DNA of 34,518 nt, taken from IMG/VR virus record IMGVR_UViG_3300042366_000731, positions 1 to 34,518 of that record; one strand, written 5' to 3'. A program made the position numbers and the translations under genes. This document shows positions 10,113-17,525 of this stretch, in pieces (position 1 is the stretch's first letter; the number at the start of each line of letters is the position of its first letter). The DNA is from a virus (Duplodnaviria; Caudoviricetes). Under the pieces are notes generated by a model. That model had not been told where the DNA came from. It saw only the letters and a list, made by a program, of their open reading frames with translations, and searched no databases.

Positions 10113-10524
10113 TATTTTTAATGTTTTCTAAAGCTTCAAGTAACTTTTTGTTTTCAGCTTGAAGATAGTTTTTTGTTTTAATTAAATCATCAATTTCATC
10201 GCAAGCTTCTTTCCAGTGCTCAGCTTTTACAAACTTTTGATTATTGGCATAAAACTCTAAAGTTTCACAAAGTTCTTTGTTTTCAGCCCTTTCTCTTTCA
10301 AGTTTTTCGTAAAGTGATAATGCGTCTAAGGGGTTAGTGTTTTGAACTTTTAACTTCTGATCTTCGGTCGCACGATCTTTACAATATGAAGTATCAAACT
10401 GAAACCATTGGTATTTCCCTGTTTCTTCAACTTGATTTTTCTCTTCCTTATTTAATGGTCTTCGCCTTTTGCAGACAGGGCACTCCACTCTAAAAAGGTC
10501 AATGCTGAATCCGTAAAGCGTCAT
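10105..10524 (-). CDS. Mosaic small protein (CxxC plus coiled-coil modules)
   Basis: 139 aa, translationally coupled; shares 'PLD..SLY.KLE.ER' and 'AENKKL.EAL' with neighbours. Confidence 0.7.
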   Translation of the reverse strand: MTLYGFSIDLFRVECPVCKRRRPLNKEEKNQVEETGKYQWFQFDTSYCKDRATEDQKLKVQNTNPLDALSLYEKLERERAENKELCETLEFYANNQKFVKAEHWKEACDEIDDLIKTKNYLQAENKKLLEALENIKNNE

Positions 10525-11099
10525 GTTTCACCTCGATATTTTGCTAATGCCTCTGATGCTGTTTTAGATTCTCTAGTCGGTACAGTCGTCCATGGGTTAA
10601 ATTCATATTTTGATTTTTCTATCTCTTCCAGTGCCTCAACTAACATCTTGCTCTTCTCACGTTCTTTCTCATATTTCTCGTTCATGTTTTTAAGTGTCGT
10701 ACCATTCCAAAATTCTCTAGTTGGTTCAAAAAGTCTCGTACACTCATCTTGGAGTTCTTTGATTCGTTTATCTCGGATTTCAATTTCTCTTTTTGCTTCT
10801 CTGAATAGATGCTCACAACATGGATTCATGAATTCCCCCCCCAACTTATACGAAAGCTCCCTCATGATCTCTTTTCTTATAAACTGAAATGCGGCTTGCA
10901 TCTCACCTGAGAATTTAACTTGAAAATCATCACAGTTTTGAGTGGTAACTGTTTTCCAGTTTCCACCATCAAGTGCCTCTATATCAAAATATGATTTATC
11001 AACTGCTCGCCCATTTATTTTGTAAGCATGAAGCTTGTCCCACACCAAGATATTCCAGTCACTACTACTAGCTATCTGGTCAAATTCACCTAGATCCAT
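10521..11099 (-). CDS. Mosaic small protein
   Basis: 192 aa, coupled; shares 'EKEREKS.ML.EA' and C-terminal 'KYRGE' with 11099-11461. Confidence 0.7.
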   Translation of the reverse strand: MDLGEFDQIASSSDWNILVWDKLHAYKINGRAVDKSYFDIEALDGGNWKTVTTQNCDDFQVKFSGEMQAAFQFIRKEIMRELSYKLGGEFMNPCCEHLFREAKREIEIRDKRIKELQDECTRLFEPTREFWNGTTLKNMNEKYEKEREKSKMLVEALEEIEKSKYEFNPWTTVPTRESKTASEALAKYRGET

Positions 11100-11461
11100 T
11101 ATTCACCTCGATACTTTTCGAGTGTCTTTTCATAAAACGGTTTTCTAAACTTCATTCTTCCCAAGCAATCTTTTAATGCTTGCTCCTTATCGCTTGAATA
11201 TCTTTCAATTAAATTAATCATAAACCAATGGTCATCATTACATTTTTTAACAGCCTCAAATAACATCTCGCTTTTCTCTCGTTCTTTCTCTAATTTGTCA
11301 TAGAGGCTTACAGGGTCTAGCGGAGAGCGATTTCTTATATACTCGCAAGCATATTTCCAAGCAATCGATTGATTCATAAGCCTAGGGTCCCCTGGATTAA
11401 AATCAACTTGATAAAAATCTTTGAACCACTTCTCAAATTCTTCTTTGTCTTTATCGATCAT
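11099..11461 (-). CDS. Mosaic small protein
   Basis: 120 aa; N-terminal 'DKEEFEKW...AW..A.EY' shared with 11458-11733. Confidence 0.7.
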   Translation of the reverse strand: MIDKDKEEFEKWFKDFYQVDFNPGDPRLMNQSIAWKYACEYIRNRSPLDPVSLYDKLEKEREKSEMLFEAVKKCNDDHWFMINLIERYSSDKEQALKDCLGRMKFRKPFYEKTLEKYRGE

Positions 11462-11733
11462 TTTTCACTTACTTCTTTTAGTGCTTCTCTAGCTATTAAA
11501 TAATCTGGTTCTGGGTAATTTTTTGAATTAGCAATAGATTTTAAAGCCTCACGCAGCTTTTTGTTTTCAGCTTCGAGTTTCTCGCACAGTTTATCTAGTG
11601 AGCCTACCACGCAATACTTATGATTAAATCTTTCATATTCTATAGCAGCTTGCCATGCTTCATTGTAGTTATCAAATTCAGATACTTTATTTTTGTACCA
11701 CTTCTCAAACGCTTCTTTGTCTTGATTTTTCAT
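11458..11733 (-). CDS. Mosaic small protein
   Basis: 91 aa; 'DKEAFEKW...AWQAAIEY' and 'LEAENKKLREAL'. Confidence 0.7.
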   Translation of the reverse strand: MKNQDKEAFEKWYKNKVSEFDNYNEAWQAAIEYERFNHKYCVVGSLDKLCEKLEAENKKLREALKSIANSKNYPEPDYLIAREALKEVSEK

Positions 11734-11742
11734 ATAATATTA

Positions 11743-11832
11743 TGGCGGAGAGTTAGGGATTCGAACCCCAGGTAGACTTTCATCTACGACAGTTTTCAAA
11801 ACTGTTGCCTTAAACCACTCGACCAACTCTCC
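11743..11832 (-). tRNA. tRNA-Ser(UGA), 90 nt, CCA encoded
   Basis: Acceptor stem GGAGAGT/ACTCTCC followed by GCCA; anticodon arm ACAGT-TTTGAAA-ACTGT; long variable arm GTAGAT-GAAA-GTCTAC; T-loop TTCGAAT. Confidence 0.96.
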
Positions 11833-11838
11833 TATTAA

Positions 11839-12045
11839 TTATTTTTTAGATTCAGCTTTTACTAGGTAAGCAATATTAGTAGAAAATACTAATACTTCTT
11901 TTTGAATGTCCTTCATCTTAATTACAACAGCACTTAATTTAGAGTCCCAATCAATTGACGTATGAGCGTCTACGGCAACAAATGTTTCATTCTTGTGATT
12001 CGGTAAGCGCACTGCCTGAGCAAAACAAACTGCTATAACTTCCAT
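11839..12045 (-). CDS. Hypothetical small beta protein
   Basis: 68 aa with an AGGAG SD. Confidence 0.7.
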   Translation of the reverse strand: MEVIAVCFAQAVRLPNHKNETFVAVDAHTSIDWDSKLSAVVIKMKDIQKEVLVFSTNIAYLVKAESKK

Positions 12046-12053
12046 GATGACTC

Positions 12054-12467
12054 CTATTTGAAAAATTTAAACCTATCGTATTCAAAATTATATTTATTAA
12101 GTAAAAACCTGAGATCTTTTGTATAAAAACTAACTGTAATGTTCTTTTTAGTTTTAAAGATCTTATCCAGGATCATGTTAGCAATACCCATTCTTCTAAA
12201 TGCCATTTTAACTAGCACATAATGAAGCGTGTAATTCAAATCATAGATAGCATACCCGACTATGAATGAGGGGTCATCATCGGTACAGGCAACTAGGATA
12301 TTTATCTCGCCTGACTGAAATTTATTAATAAGGCAGTTAGATAAACCATCATGATAAATGGAGAAGCGTTCTTTCTTCCCTGTTGTGTCCTCATAAGAGG
12401 ATTTAATCATTGTAGTTAGAATGAAGTTCTTATCGTCTGGTAGGAACTCTCTTAGAATTATGTTCAC
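12054..12467 (-). CDS. GNAT-fold acetyltransferase-like protein
   Basis: Acetyl-CoA binding motif A 'HYVLVKMAFRRMGIA' preceded by 'IVGYAI'. Confidence 0.75.
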   Translation of the reverse strand: MNIILREFLPDDKNFILTTMIKSSYEDTTGKKERFSIYHDGLSNCLINKFQSGEINILVACTDDDPSFIVGYAIYDLNYTLHYVLVKMAFRRMGIANMILDKIFKTKKNITVSFYTKDLRFLLNKYNFEYDRFKFFK

Positions 12468-12844
12468 TGCATTTTCTCAACTAGTTCCTGGGCCTCTTTA
12501 ATAAGAATCTTTGTGTCTTCTTTTGAAACCTCAACCATTTTAGTTTCAACTTTATCTGAGTAACCACACTTATTTTTTAAAAGAAAAATTAAAATTGCTA
12601 CATTTCCAGCAAGTGCCATTTCAACAGCTTTCTGAATTAACTTTAATTGTAATCCACCTTCATGAAATGAACGGTATTCTTCAAATGTTCTACCGGTATC
12701 TCTAGTAATAGCTCTTTGAATTGTCCTTTCGTGTACTTTTAAACCATTTTTTTCTAGTAAAAATTGTAATTGCTTTATAGTCGCACCAAAATAAAGTGCA
12801 GTGTCTACAATTTTATAATCAAATTTGGTTTCAGGTTTTGCCAT
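12464..12844 (-). CDS. Putative terminase small subunit
   Basis: 126 aa; HTH-like N-half and 'ALAGNVAILIFLLKN..GYSD' motif; follows the ParB-MTase gene and lies upstream of terL. Confidence 0.65.
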   Translation of the reverse strand: MAKPETKFDYKIVDTALYFGATIKQLQFLLEKNGLKVHERTIQRAITRDTGRTFEEYRSFHEGGLQLKLIQKAVEMALAGNVAILIFLLKNKCGYSDKVETKMVEVSKEDTKILIKEAQELVEKMQ

Positions 12845-12868
12845 TTATAAAATCTCTTTTGTTTTTTT

Positions 12869-14137
12869 TCATGACTTTAATAATTGATTGTCTCGCTCTA
12901 GCTTTAACTCTTCGTAGGTTTGACCGGTTAATTCAAGTGTGGCTTTCTTGCCTGTGTAGTTTTGCCAACGGTTGATTATTATATCGCAATATTTTTCGTC
13001 TAATTCCATTCCGTAGCATTTGCGATCAAGCTTCTCAGAGGCAATGATAGTTGTTCCTGACCCGCAGAATGGCTCAAAAACAACCCCGGTTTGTTTGCTA
13101 ATTAGGCCAATGCCTTTCTCTGGGAGCCCAACCGGAAAACAGGCTTTATGGTTCTCCTGCTGAGAGTTCTGGTTGGAAATCTGCCAATGATTACTAGTTA
13201 CCTCTTCCAGCCCTAGCATTTCGCCAGAAGTAGAAAATACAAATACTGGCTCCCAATCTCTCATAAGGGATCCCTTGAATGGAATTGAGGACGTTTTTCG
13301 CCAGCAAACCTGTTCAATTAAAAAATCCAAATAAGGAACAATCTGTCTTATGTATTCACTTCGGCTGTTTGCATTATATGAAACATTCCAAAAAATAAAT
13401 CCATTTGTGACATTAAAGCAATTACCCAGAACGGTTGCGGCAAAATCAACGTATTCGGTTGAGCCCCTATTATCATGATAGCCCTCTCCGTAAAGTTTTT
13501 TGCTTTTCTTACTAGTGAAAATGTCCCCATCTCCGGCTTTAGTGTTGGCATTGTAGGGAGGGCTAGTAAAAACAACATCCGCTTTCTCGCCATTCATTAG
13601 CTTCTCAACATCATCAAGCATGGTTGAATCACCACACAACAACCTATGATTCCCAAGTAACCACAAATCACCTTTCCTTGTAATCGGATGCACCACTTCT
13701 GGAACTTTATCCTCGTCACATTGAGGTTCTAGCTTCTCTATAGGCTCAATTACAAAATCCTTAATACCTAATAACTCAATATCAAACGGCCCTAGCTCTA
13801 ATATGTCAGTATTAATTTGCCCAAAGTCTAAACTAGACTGAGCAGCTAAAGCATTATCGGCCGTTAAATGGGCATATTCTTGCTCTTCACTGTCAAAGTC
13901 CTGAAACATACAAGGAAGCTCTTTAACACCCTTTTCTTTGGCAATCTCAAGCCTTAAATGACCTGCTACAAGTTTACCAGTGCGATTAGAAATTAAAAGT
14001 GGAGCTCTAAAACCTTGATAGTCAAAGATCTTTCTAGCGTATCTTTTTTGTTCTTCAGTATGAATGTTATTATTTTTATCGTTTGGGATTATTTTGTTGA
14101 TCGGCACCATTACGATGCTAGTAGCCTTAATTTCCAT
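12869..14137 (-). CDS. ParB/Srx N-terminal domain fused to a beta-class amino (N4-C/N6-A) DNA methyltransferase
   Basis: ParB-like 'LVAGHLRL...ADN'; MTase motifs 'HRLLCGDS', motif IV 'FTSPPY', 'HKACFP' and motif I 'EPFCGSGTT'. Confidence 0.9.
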   Translation of the reverse strand: MEIKATSIVMVPINKIIPNDKNNNIHTEEQKRYARKIFDYQGFRAPLLISNRTGKLVAGHLRLEIAKEKGVKELPCMFQDFDSEEQEYAHLTADNALAAQSSLDFGQINTDILELGPFDIELLGIKDFVIEPIEKLEPQCDEDKVPEVVHPITRKGDLWLLGNHRLLCGDSTMLDDVEKLMNGEKADVVFTSPPYNANTKAGDGDIFTSKKSKKLYGEGYHDNRGSTEYVDFAATVLGNCFNVTNGFIFWNVSYNANSRSEYIRQIVPYLDFLIEQVCWRKTSSIPFKGSLMRDWEPVFVFSTSGEMLGLEEVTSNHWQISNQNSQQENHKACFPVGLPEKGIGLISKQTGVVFEPFCGSGTTIIASEKLDRKCYGMELDEKYCDIIINRWQNYTGKKATLELTGQTYEELKLERDNQLLKS

Positions 14138-14225
14138 TTCTAACTCTCTGTGAAATGTTTATATGATTGTTTCAAAACATATAACAATTGCAAAGAGTTA
14201 TTTAAGAATTATTTATAATCCCAAT

Positions 14226-14429
14226 TTAGTTTGTCCAACTGTCGCTATTTTCCCAACTTAACAAATAACTTTCAAACTTCTCAATCTCTTGACTAAGTTT
14301 TGCATTCTCAGACTCTAAGCCTTTTACTTGGCAATAACAGTAAATTTTAAACTCTTTCCCAGGTATGACTACGTGTGGATCTGATTCTGTTAAAAATTGA
14401 TTCTGGCATAATTCACAAGTAAGTATCAT
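14226..14429 (-). CDS. Small zinc-finger-like protein with coiled coil
   Basis: 67 aa, CxxC...CxC; AAGGA SD. Confidence 0.6.
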   Translation of the reverse strand: MILTCELCQNQFLTESDPHVVIPGKEFKIYCYCQVKGLESENAKLSQEIEKFESYLLSWENSDSWTN

Positions 14430-14498
14430 TTTTAGTCCTTATTCTAAATTCAAAAAACTCTTTAAATATTGTGACATTATAAACCAAAAGCCTGCCAT

Positions 14499-14906
14499 TT
14501 ATTTTTTAGGAAAAAAATCCATCCACATTTTGCTTACGTTCTTTTGGTTAAATGGCTTCCAAGAACATTTTTTCGTCATTCCATAACGCTTTCTTGTAAG
14601 GTTTGATTTAAGTTTATTGCAATCAACACAAAGAATTTGAAGATTTATTAACTTTAAAGCTCTTGATGGGTTAGTTGACAATGGCCTTATATGATCAATT
14701 TGCAAACTGTCTTTTGATTTACAATATGAACATTCATTTTCATAATTATTTAGTATGTAACTTCTAACACTTTTCCATATGTCAGAATTAAAGAAAATAT
14801 TTTTTCTTTCTTTACTAATATCAAACTGGTTTCTTTGTATTAATACTTTTTTCTTAATTAAATCCGAATGTTCTTTTGTAACTAAAAACTCTTTTATTCT
14901 ATTCAT
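14499..14906 (-). CDS. HNH endonuclease (zinc-binding, small phage type)
   Basis: 'CSYC...LQIDHIRPLS...NLQILCVDCN'. Confidence 0.88.
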   Translation of the reverse strand: MNRIKEFLVTKEHSDLIKKKVLIQRNQFDISKERKNIFFNSDIWKSVRSYILNNYENECSYCKSKDSLQIDHIRPLSTNPSRALKLINLQILCVDCNKLKSNLTRKRYGMTKKCSWKPFNQKNVSKMWMDFFPKK

Positions 14907-14919
14907 AGTAAATTGCTTT

Positions 14920-15136
14920 TTGGAGAGCAGGAATGAAAAAAGAACTAAGACAAAAACAATCTAGTTAAAATTAATAACTGATTTATCTGTCCTGTCTTCA
15001 ATCCCTGCTATAACCGAGCTTTGCTTCTCGGAGCCGCAGTTTATGAACCCACTTGCTACTCTTAACCCTAACCATGTGCAACCTTTCCAATTGGCAAGGA
15101 GTACGGAGAAATGGGAATCCCGTAGGGCTGCCCTGT
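14920..15136 (-). ncRNA. Candidate structured non-coding RNA or leader of unknown family
   Basis: Several helices, including an 82-nt imperfect hairpin (14927-15008) whose wobble pairs are G-U only on the minus strand. TATAAT at 15146-15141 lies just upstream. Hand count gives about 49% GC over 15001-15140 against AT-rich flanks. Confidence 0.55.
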
Positions 15137-15173
15137 ATTTATTATACAATTACCCCAAAAAGTAAATTAAATA

Positions 15174-15202
15174 TTTACAATTTAGTTAAGTTAGGGTATA
15201 AG
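15174..15202 (+). promoter_or_regulatory. Sigma70-type promoter for the plus-strand operon
   Basis: TTTACA (15174-15179), 17-nt spacer, TATAAG (15197-15202), at the divergence point. Confidence 0.6.
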
Positions 15203-15216
15203 TATAGTCTCTATAA

Positions 15217-15405
15217 ATGATAAGGATTCAAATGGATACTCGTTTCGCCATAGGCAACACCGTTCAATATATACTTCACCCTCAAATAATCTTTATTGTT
15301 ACTGAGATCTTAATAGATGACTCAGGTGTTTATTACACAGGCATCGACGAGGACAAGATTCAGCTCGGTTATTTCCGTCAAAACTACCTAGAACTATATG
15401 AATAG
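15217..15405 (+). CDS. Small hypothetical protein (SH3/KOW-like; probable start 15232)
   Basis: 'FAIGNTVQY' pattern; AAGGA SD precedes the ATG at 15232. Confidence 0.6.
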   Translation: MIRIQMDTRFAIGNTVQYILHPQIIFIVTEILIDDSGVYYTGIDEDKIQLGYFRQNYLELYE

Positions 15406-15622
15406 CGAATTAATTACCTGCCCCAATTGTGGGCAAGAGACTGAGTATCATTTCCAGGATGACCAATTAAAGCATTGGGAATTATGTCTCTGTGCGAAAC
15501 AATATAAACAAACCAAGTTAGATACGTTCGATTTACAAATCAGGAGAATATTACATGAAGTCTATCGCAGCCGCCCTCGTAAAGTTTCAATCGCAACTAA
15601 AGCCAGTCGAGAAGGGATCTGA
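15398..15622 (+). CDS. Small zinc-ribbon protein
   Basis: CPNC...CLC; overlaps both neighbours. Confidence 0.55.
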   Translation: MNSELITCPNCGQETEYHFQDDQLKHWELCLCAKQYKQTKLDTFDLQIRRILHEVYRSRPRKVSIATKASREGI

Positions 15623-16163
15623 GAATCCTTTCTTTAAGTCTTCTTATGCGAGCCTCAGTGACATATTACAGGCCGTAATGCCTTTATTAAGCTCTTCTGG
15701 GCTATCCATAACTCAACCCATGCGTGTTACCGATAATGGCACCATACTGATTACAAGGCTTCTACATGAGTCAGGAGAAGTGATTGATTCAGAAATGTTT
15801 TTACCTCATAACCCAGACCCACAACGTTATGGATCATTAATCAGTTACTATAAGCGTTATCAGTTAACTGCTCTTTTGGGGATTGCCACAATTGATGAAG
15901 ATGATGATGCCAATCGAGCATCGGGAAAGGATATTGGTTATAAGCCATCACCTGTCAAAAGTCCGACACCTAAGCCTACATTTATAGTTGAGCCAACTGC
16001 TGAGCCAAAACCTGTTCAAATTAAAAATCCTATGGATAAGGCATCCGATGCTCAGAAGGGTGCATTAACTAAAATGGGTATCTATTTCTCTAACGATATT
16101 ACTAAATCAGAAGCAAGCGCATTGATTGAAAAAGCCAACATGGAAAGGAAGTCTAGCAGATGA
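15555..16163 (+). CDS. erf: ERF-family ssDNA annealing protein
   Basis: 'NPFFKSSYASL', 'LLHESGE' and 'GSLISYYKRYQL..LLGI...DDDAN'; AGGAG SD. Confidence 0.9.
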   Translation: MKSIAAALVKFQSQLKPVEKGSENPFFKSSYASLSDILQAVMPLLSSSGLSITQPMRVTDNGTILITRLLHESGEVIDSEMFLPHNPDPQRYGSLISYYKRYQLTALLGIATIDEDDDANRASGKDIGYKPSPVKSPTPKPTFIVEPTAEPKPVQIKNPMDKASDAQKGALTKMGIYFSNDITKSEASALIEKANMERKSSR

Positions 16164-16456
16164 GTTTTAATAAAGTATTTTTGATGGGAAGTATTAAGAA
16201 CAAACAACCAGTACAGGCCAAATCAGGGAACTTGATTTTAAAGTTCACCGTAAAGACCTGGGATAAAGAGGGCAAAGAATATGTTGACTGTGTCGGTTAT
16301 GGAAAACTAGCTGAGATTATTCAGAATGATTTCTCAGAAGGCGAGACCATATTCATAGAGGGCAAAGCTCATACCTGGTTAAATGGTGAACAAAAAAAGA
16401 CTACAATAATTTGTGAACGTTTTAGGTCTTATTCTTTAAAAAATACAGAGTTTTAG
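16160..16456 (+). CDS. ssb: Short single-stranded DNA-binding protein (OB fold)
   Basis: 'NKVFLMG', 'CVGYGKLAE' and 'G..IFIEG'; follows ERF; lacks the long acidic tail. Confidence 0.82.
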   Translation: MSFNKVFLMGSIKNKQPVQAKSGNLILKFTVKTWDKEGKEYVDCVGYGKLAEIIQNDFSEGETIFIEGKAHTWLNGEQKKTTIICERFRSYSLKNTEF

Positions 16457-16651
16457 ATGAGGCTTAATTCAGATCCATGCCCTAAAACTATTGCTGATAT
16501 AGATAAACCTGGGACTGTATTTGTTCTAACTTCTGACAAGTCTGACTGGGTTTACCATGACCGGATTGGTGACATTGCAGTTTGTAGACCACTTCAAGAC
16601 GTAACTTTGGTTAATCTTCCTTTAGATGCAGGTATTGAAAATGTCTTTTAA
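16457..16651 (+). CDS. Hypothetical protein
   Basis: 64-aa ORF abutting ssb. Confidence 0.55.
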   Translation: MRLNSDPCPKTIADIDKPGTVFVLTSDKSDWVYHDRIGDIAVCRPLQDVTLVNLPLDAGIENVF

Positions 16652-16808
16652 ATTAATCTATGATTTACTTTTTACTGCTCTTTTACTTTTTGTGGGATTC
16701 TATTTTGGAAGATTCACAGGATTTAAAGAAGCTGCTGCATTAGAAAAGCATTATGCGTATAGCATGAAACAGAGTCTAAAGAATTGCATAGAGGTGATTA
16801 GTAAATGA
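16626..16808 (+). CDS. Small membrane protein (probable start 16641)
   Basis: Hydrophobic segment 'LLFTALLLFVGFYFG'. Confidence 0.6.
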   Translation: MQVLKMSFKLIYDLLFTALLLFVGFYFGRFTGFKEAAALEKHYAYSMKQSLKNCIEVISK

Positions 16809-17161
16809 GAGTACAGTGCGTCCTTTGCCCAGACCTTGAAATTGATGAAAATGCCAGAGTGTTTGTTAGGGAAACAGGGAAAGAGATCATTCCACAATTA
16901 GAGCATTCACTCTCAATCAATGGGCCTGTAGTTTATTATCGTAAGGATGGTAAAACCAGAAACCTATCTTTAAGGTCTCTTTATTTCGCTGCTCATATAA
17001 AAGGCTGCAAAATTACTAGAGGTGACACAACGGAACCAGTAAATGGTGACTATTTTGATCTAAGACCACAAAATTTCTACACTAAAAAACCTGATAAAAT
17101 TATAAAAGCAGAAGAATCTTATTCCTGTTGGATGAACGGCTCAGGAGAATTATTTTGCTAG
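16805..17161 (+). CDS. Degenerate HNH homing-endonuclease-like protein
   Basis: 'EIDENARVF' and 'PVNGDYFDLRPQNF' echo the NUMOD4/HNH_3 pattern, but the catalytic His is absent; GAGGTG SD. Confidence 0.45.
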   Translation: MRVQCVLCPDLEIDENARVFVRETGKEIIPQLEHSLSINGPVVYYRKDGKTRNLSLRSLYFAAHIKGCKITRGDTTEPVNGDYFDLRPQNFYTKKPDKIIKAEESYSCWMNGSGELFC

Positions 17162-17445
17162 TAGGTCATACAATCACTAAAAAAGATAATGGTCCTATTA
17201 AGTTAACTGTTGGTAATGAAATTGCTGAGATTGAAGTATCCTGGCATAAAACCTCTGCTTCCAAAGTTTGTCTAACTGTTAAAGCATCTAAAGAAGTTGA
17301 TGTGCTATTTCCAAAAACAATGACCAAATTTTTGGAGCGTATTAGGTTTTTAGAGAATGAACTTAAACTTGCAGAAGAATTTGTTCAAAAACAAAAAGAA
17401 ATATTTTTAGAAGAATTTAAAAAGTTAAAAGGTGAAAATGAGTGA
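17155..17445 (+). CDS. Divergent CsrA/RsmA-like protein with C-terminal coiled coil
   Basis: AGGAG (17143-17147) lies 7 nt before TTG at 17155, giving MLVGHTITKK...; 'KVCLTVKASKEVDV' parallels CsrA 'QVRIGVNAPKEVSV'. Confidence 0.5.
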   Translation: MLVGHTITKKDNGPIKLTVGNEIAEIEVSWHKTSASKVCLTVKASKEVDVLFPKTMTKFLERIRFLENELKLAEEFVQKQKEIFLEEFKKLKGENE

Positions 17446-17524
17446 TAAAATTATGGCAGTTTATCTTGTGTTGGTAGTAATATTATCAGCAGTGATTGCC
17501 TACAATACACCAATAGGATGGTAA
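17438..17524 (+). CDS. 28-aa membrane peptide
   Basis: Not in the track. MSDKIMAVYLVLVVILSAVIAYNTPIGW; AAGGTG SD; fills the gap between two genes exactly. Confidence 0.6.
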   Translation: MSDKIMAVYLVLVVILSAVIAYNTPIGW

Positions 17525-17525
17525 C

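Noticed and set aside
10105-11733. CRISPR array or DGR template/variable repeats
   Set aside because: The repeats are pairwise, irregularly spaced and in-frame coding modules. There is no reverse transcriptase or cas gene, and mismatches are not adenine-specific.
11743-11832. tRNA as an attP site or a suppressor tRNA
   Set aside because: No integrase is present. Anticodon UGA reads the Ser codon UCA, not a stop, and genes are full length under the standard code, so there is no sign of recoding.
11839-12045. Hfq/Sm-like call for the 68-aa protein
   Set aside because: Only the C-terminal 'VLVFSTNIAYL' loosely resembles an Sm2 motif and no Sm1 motif is visible. Too weak without a structure search.
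14499-15136. HEARO/OMEGA (IscB), group I intron or TIGR-type assignment for the RNA plus HNH pair
   Set aside because: The HNH protein is 135 aa with no RuvC, PLMP or Nop domain. No host gene is interrupted, I could not build a group I core, and there is no repeat-spacer array.
14961-15149. 62-aa ORF in the track as a real protein
   Set aside because: Its TTG start overlaps the TATAAT box, it has no SD or recognisable motif, and the region is better explained by RNA helices.
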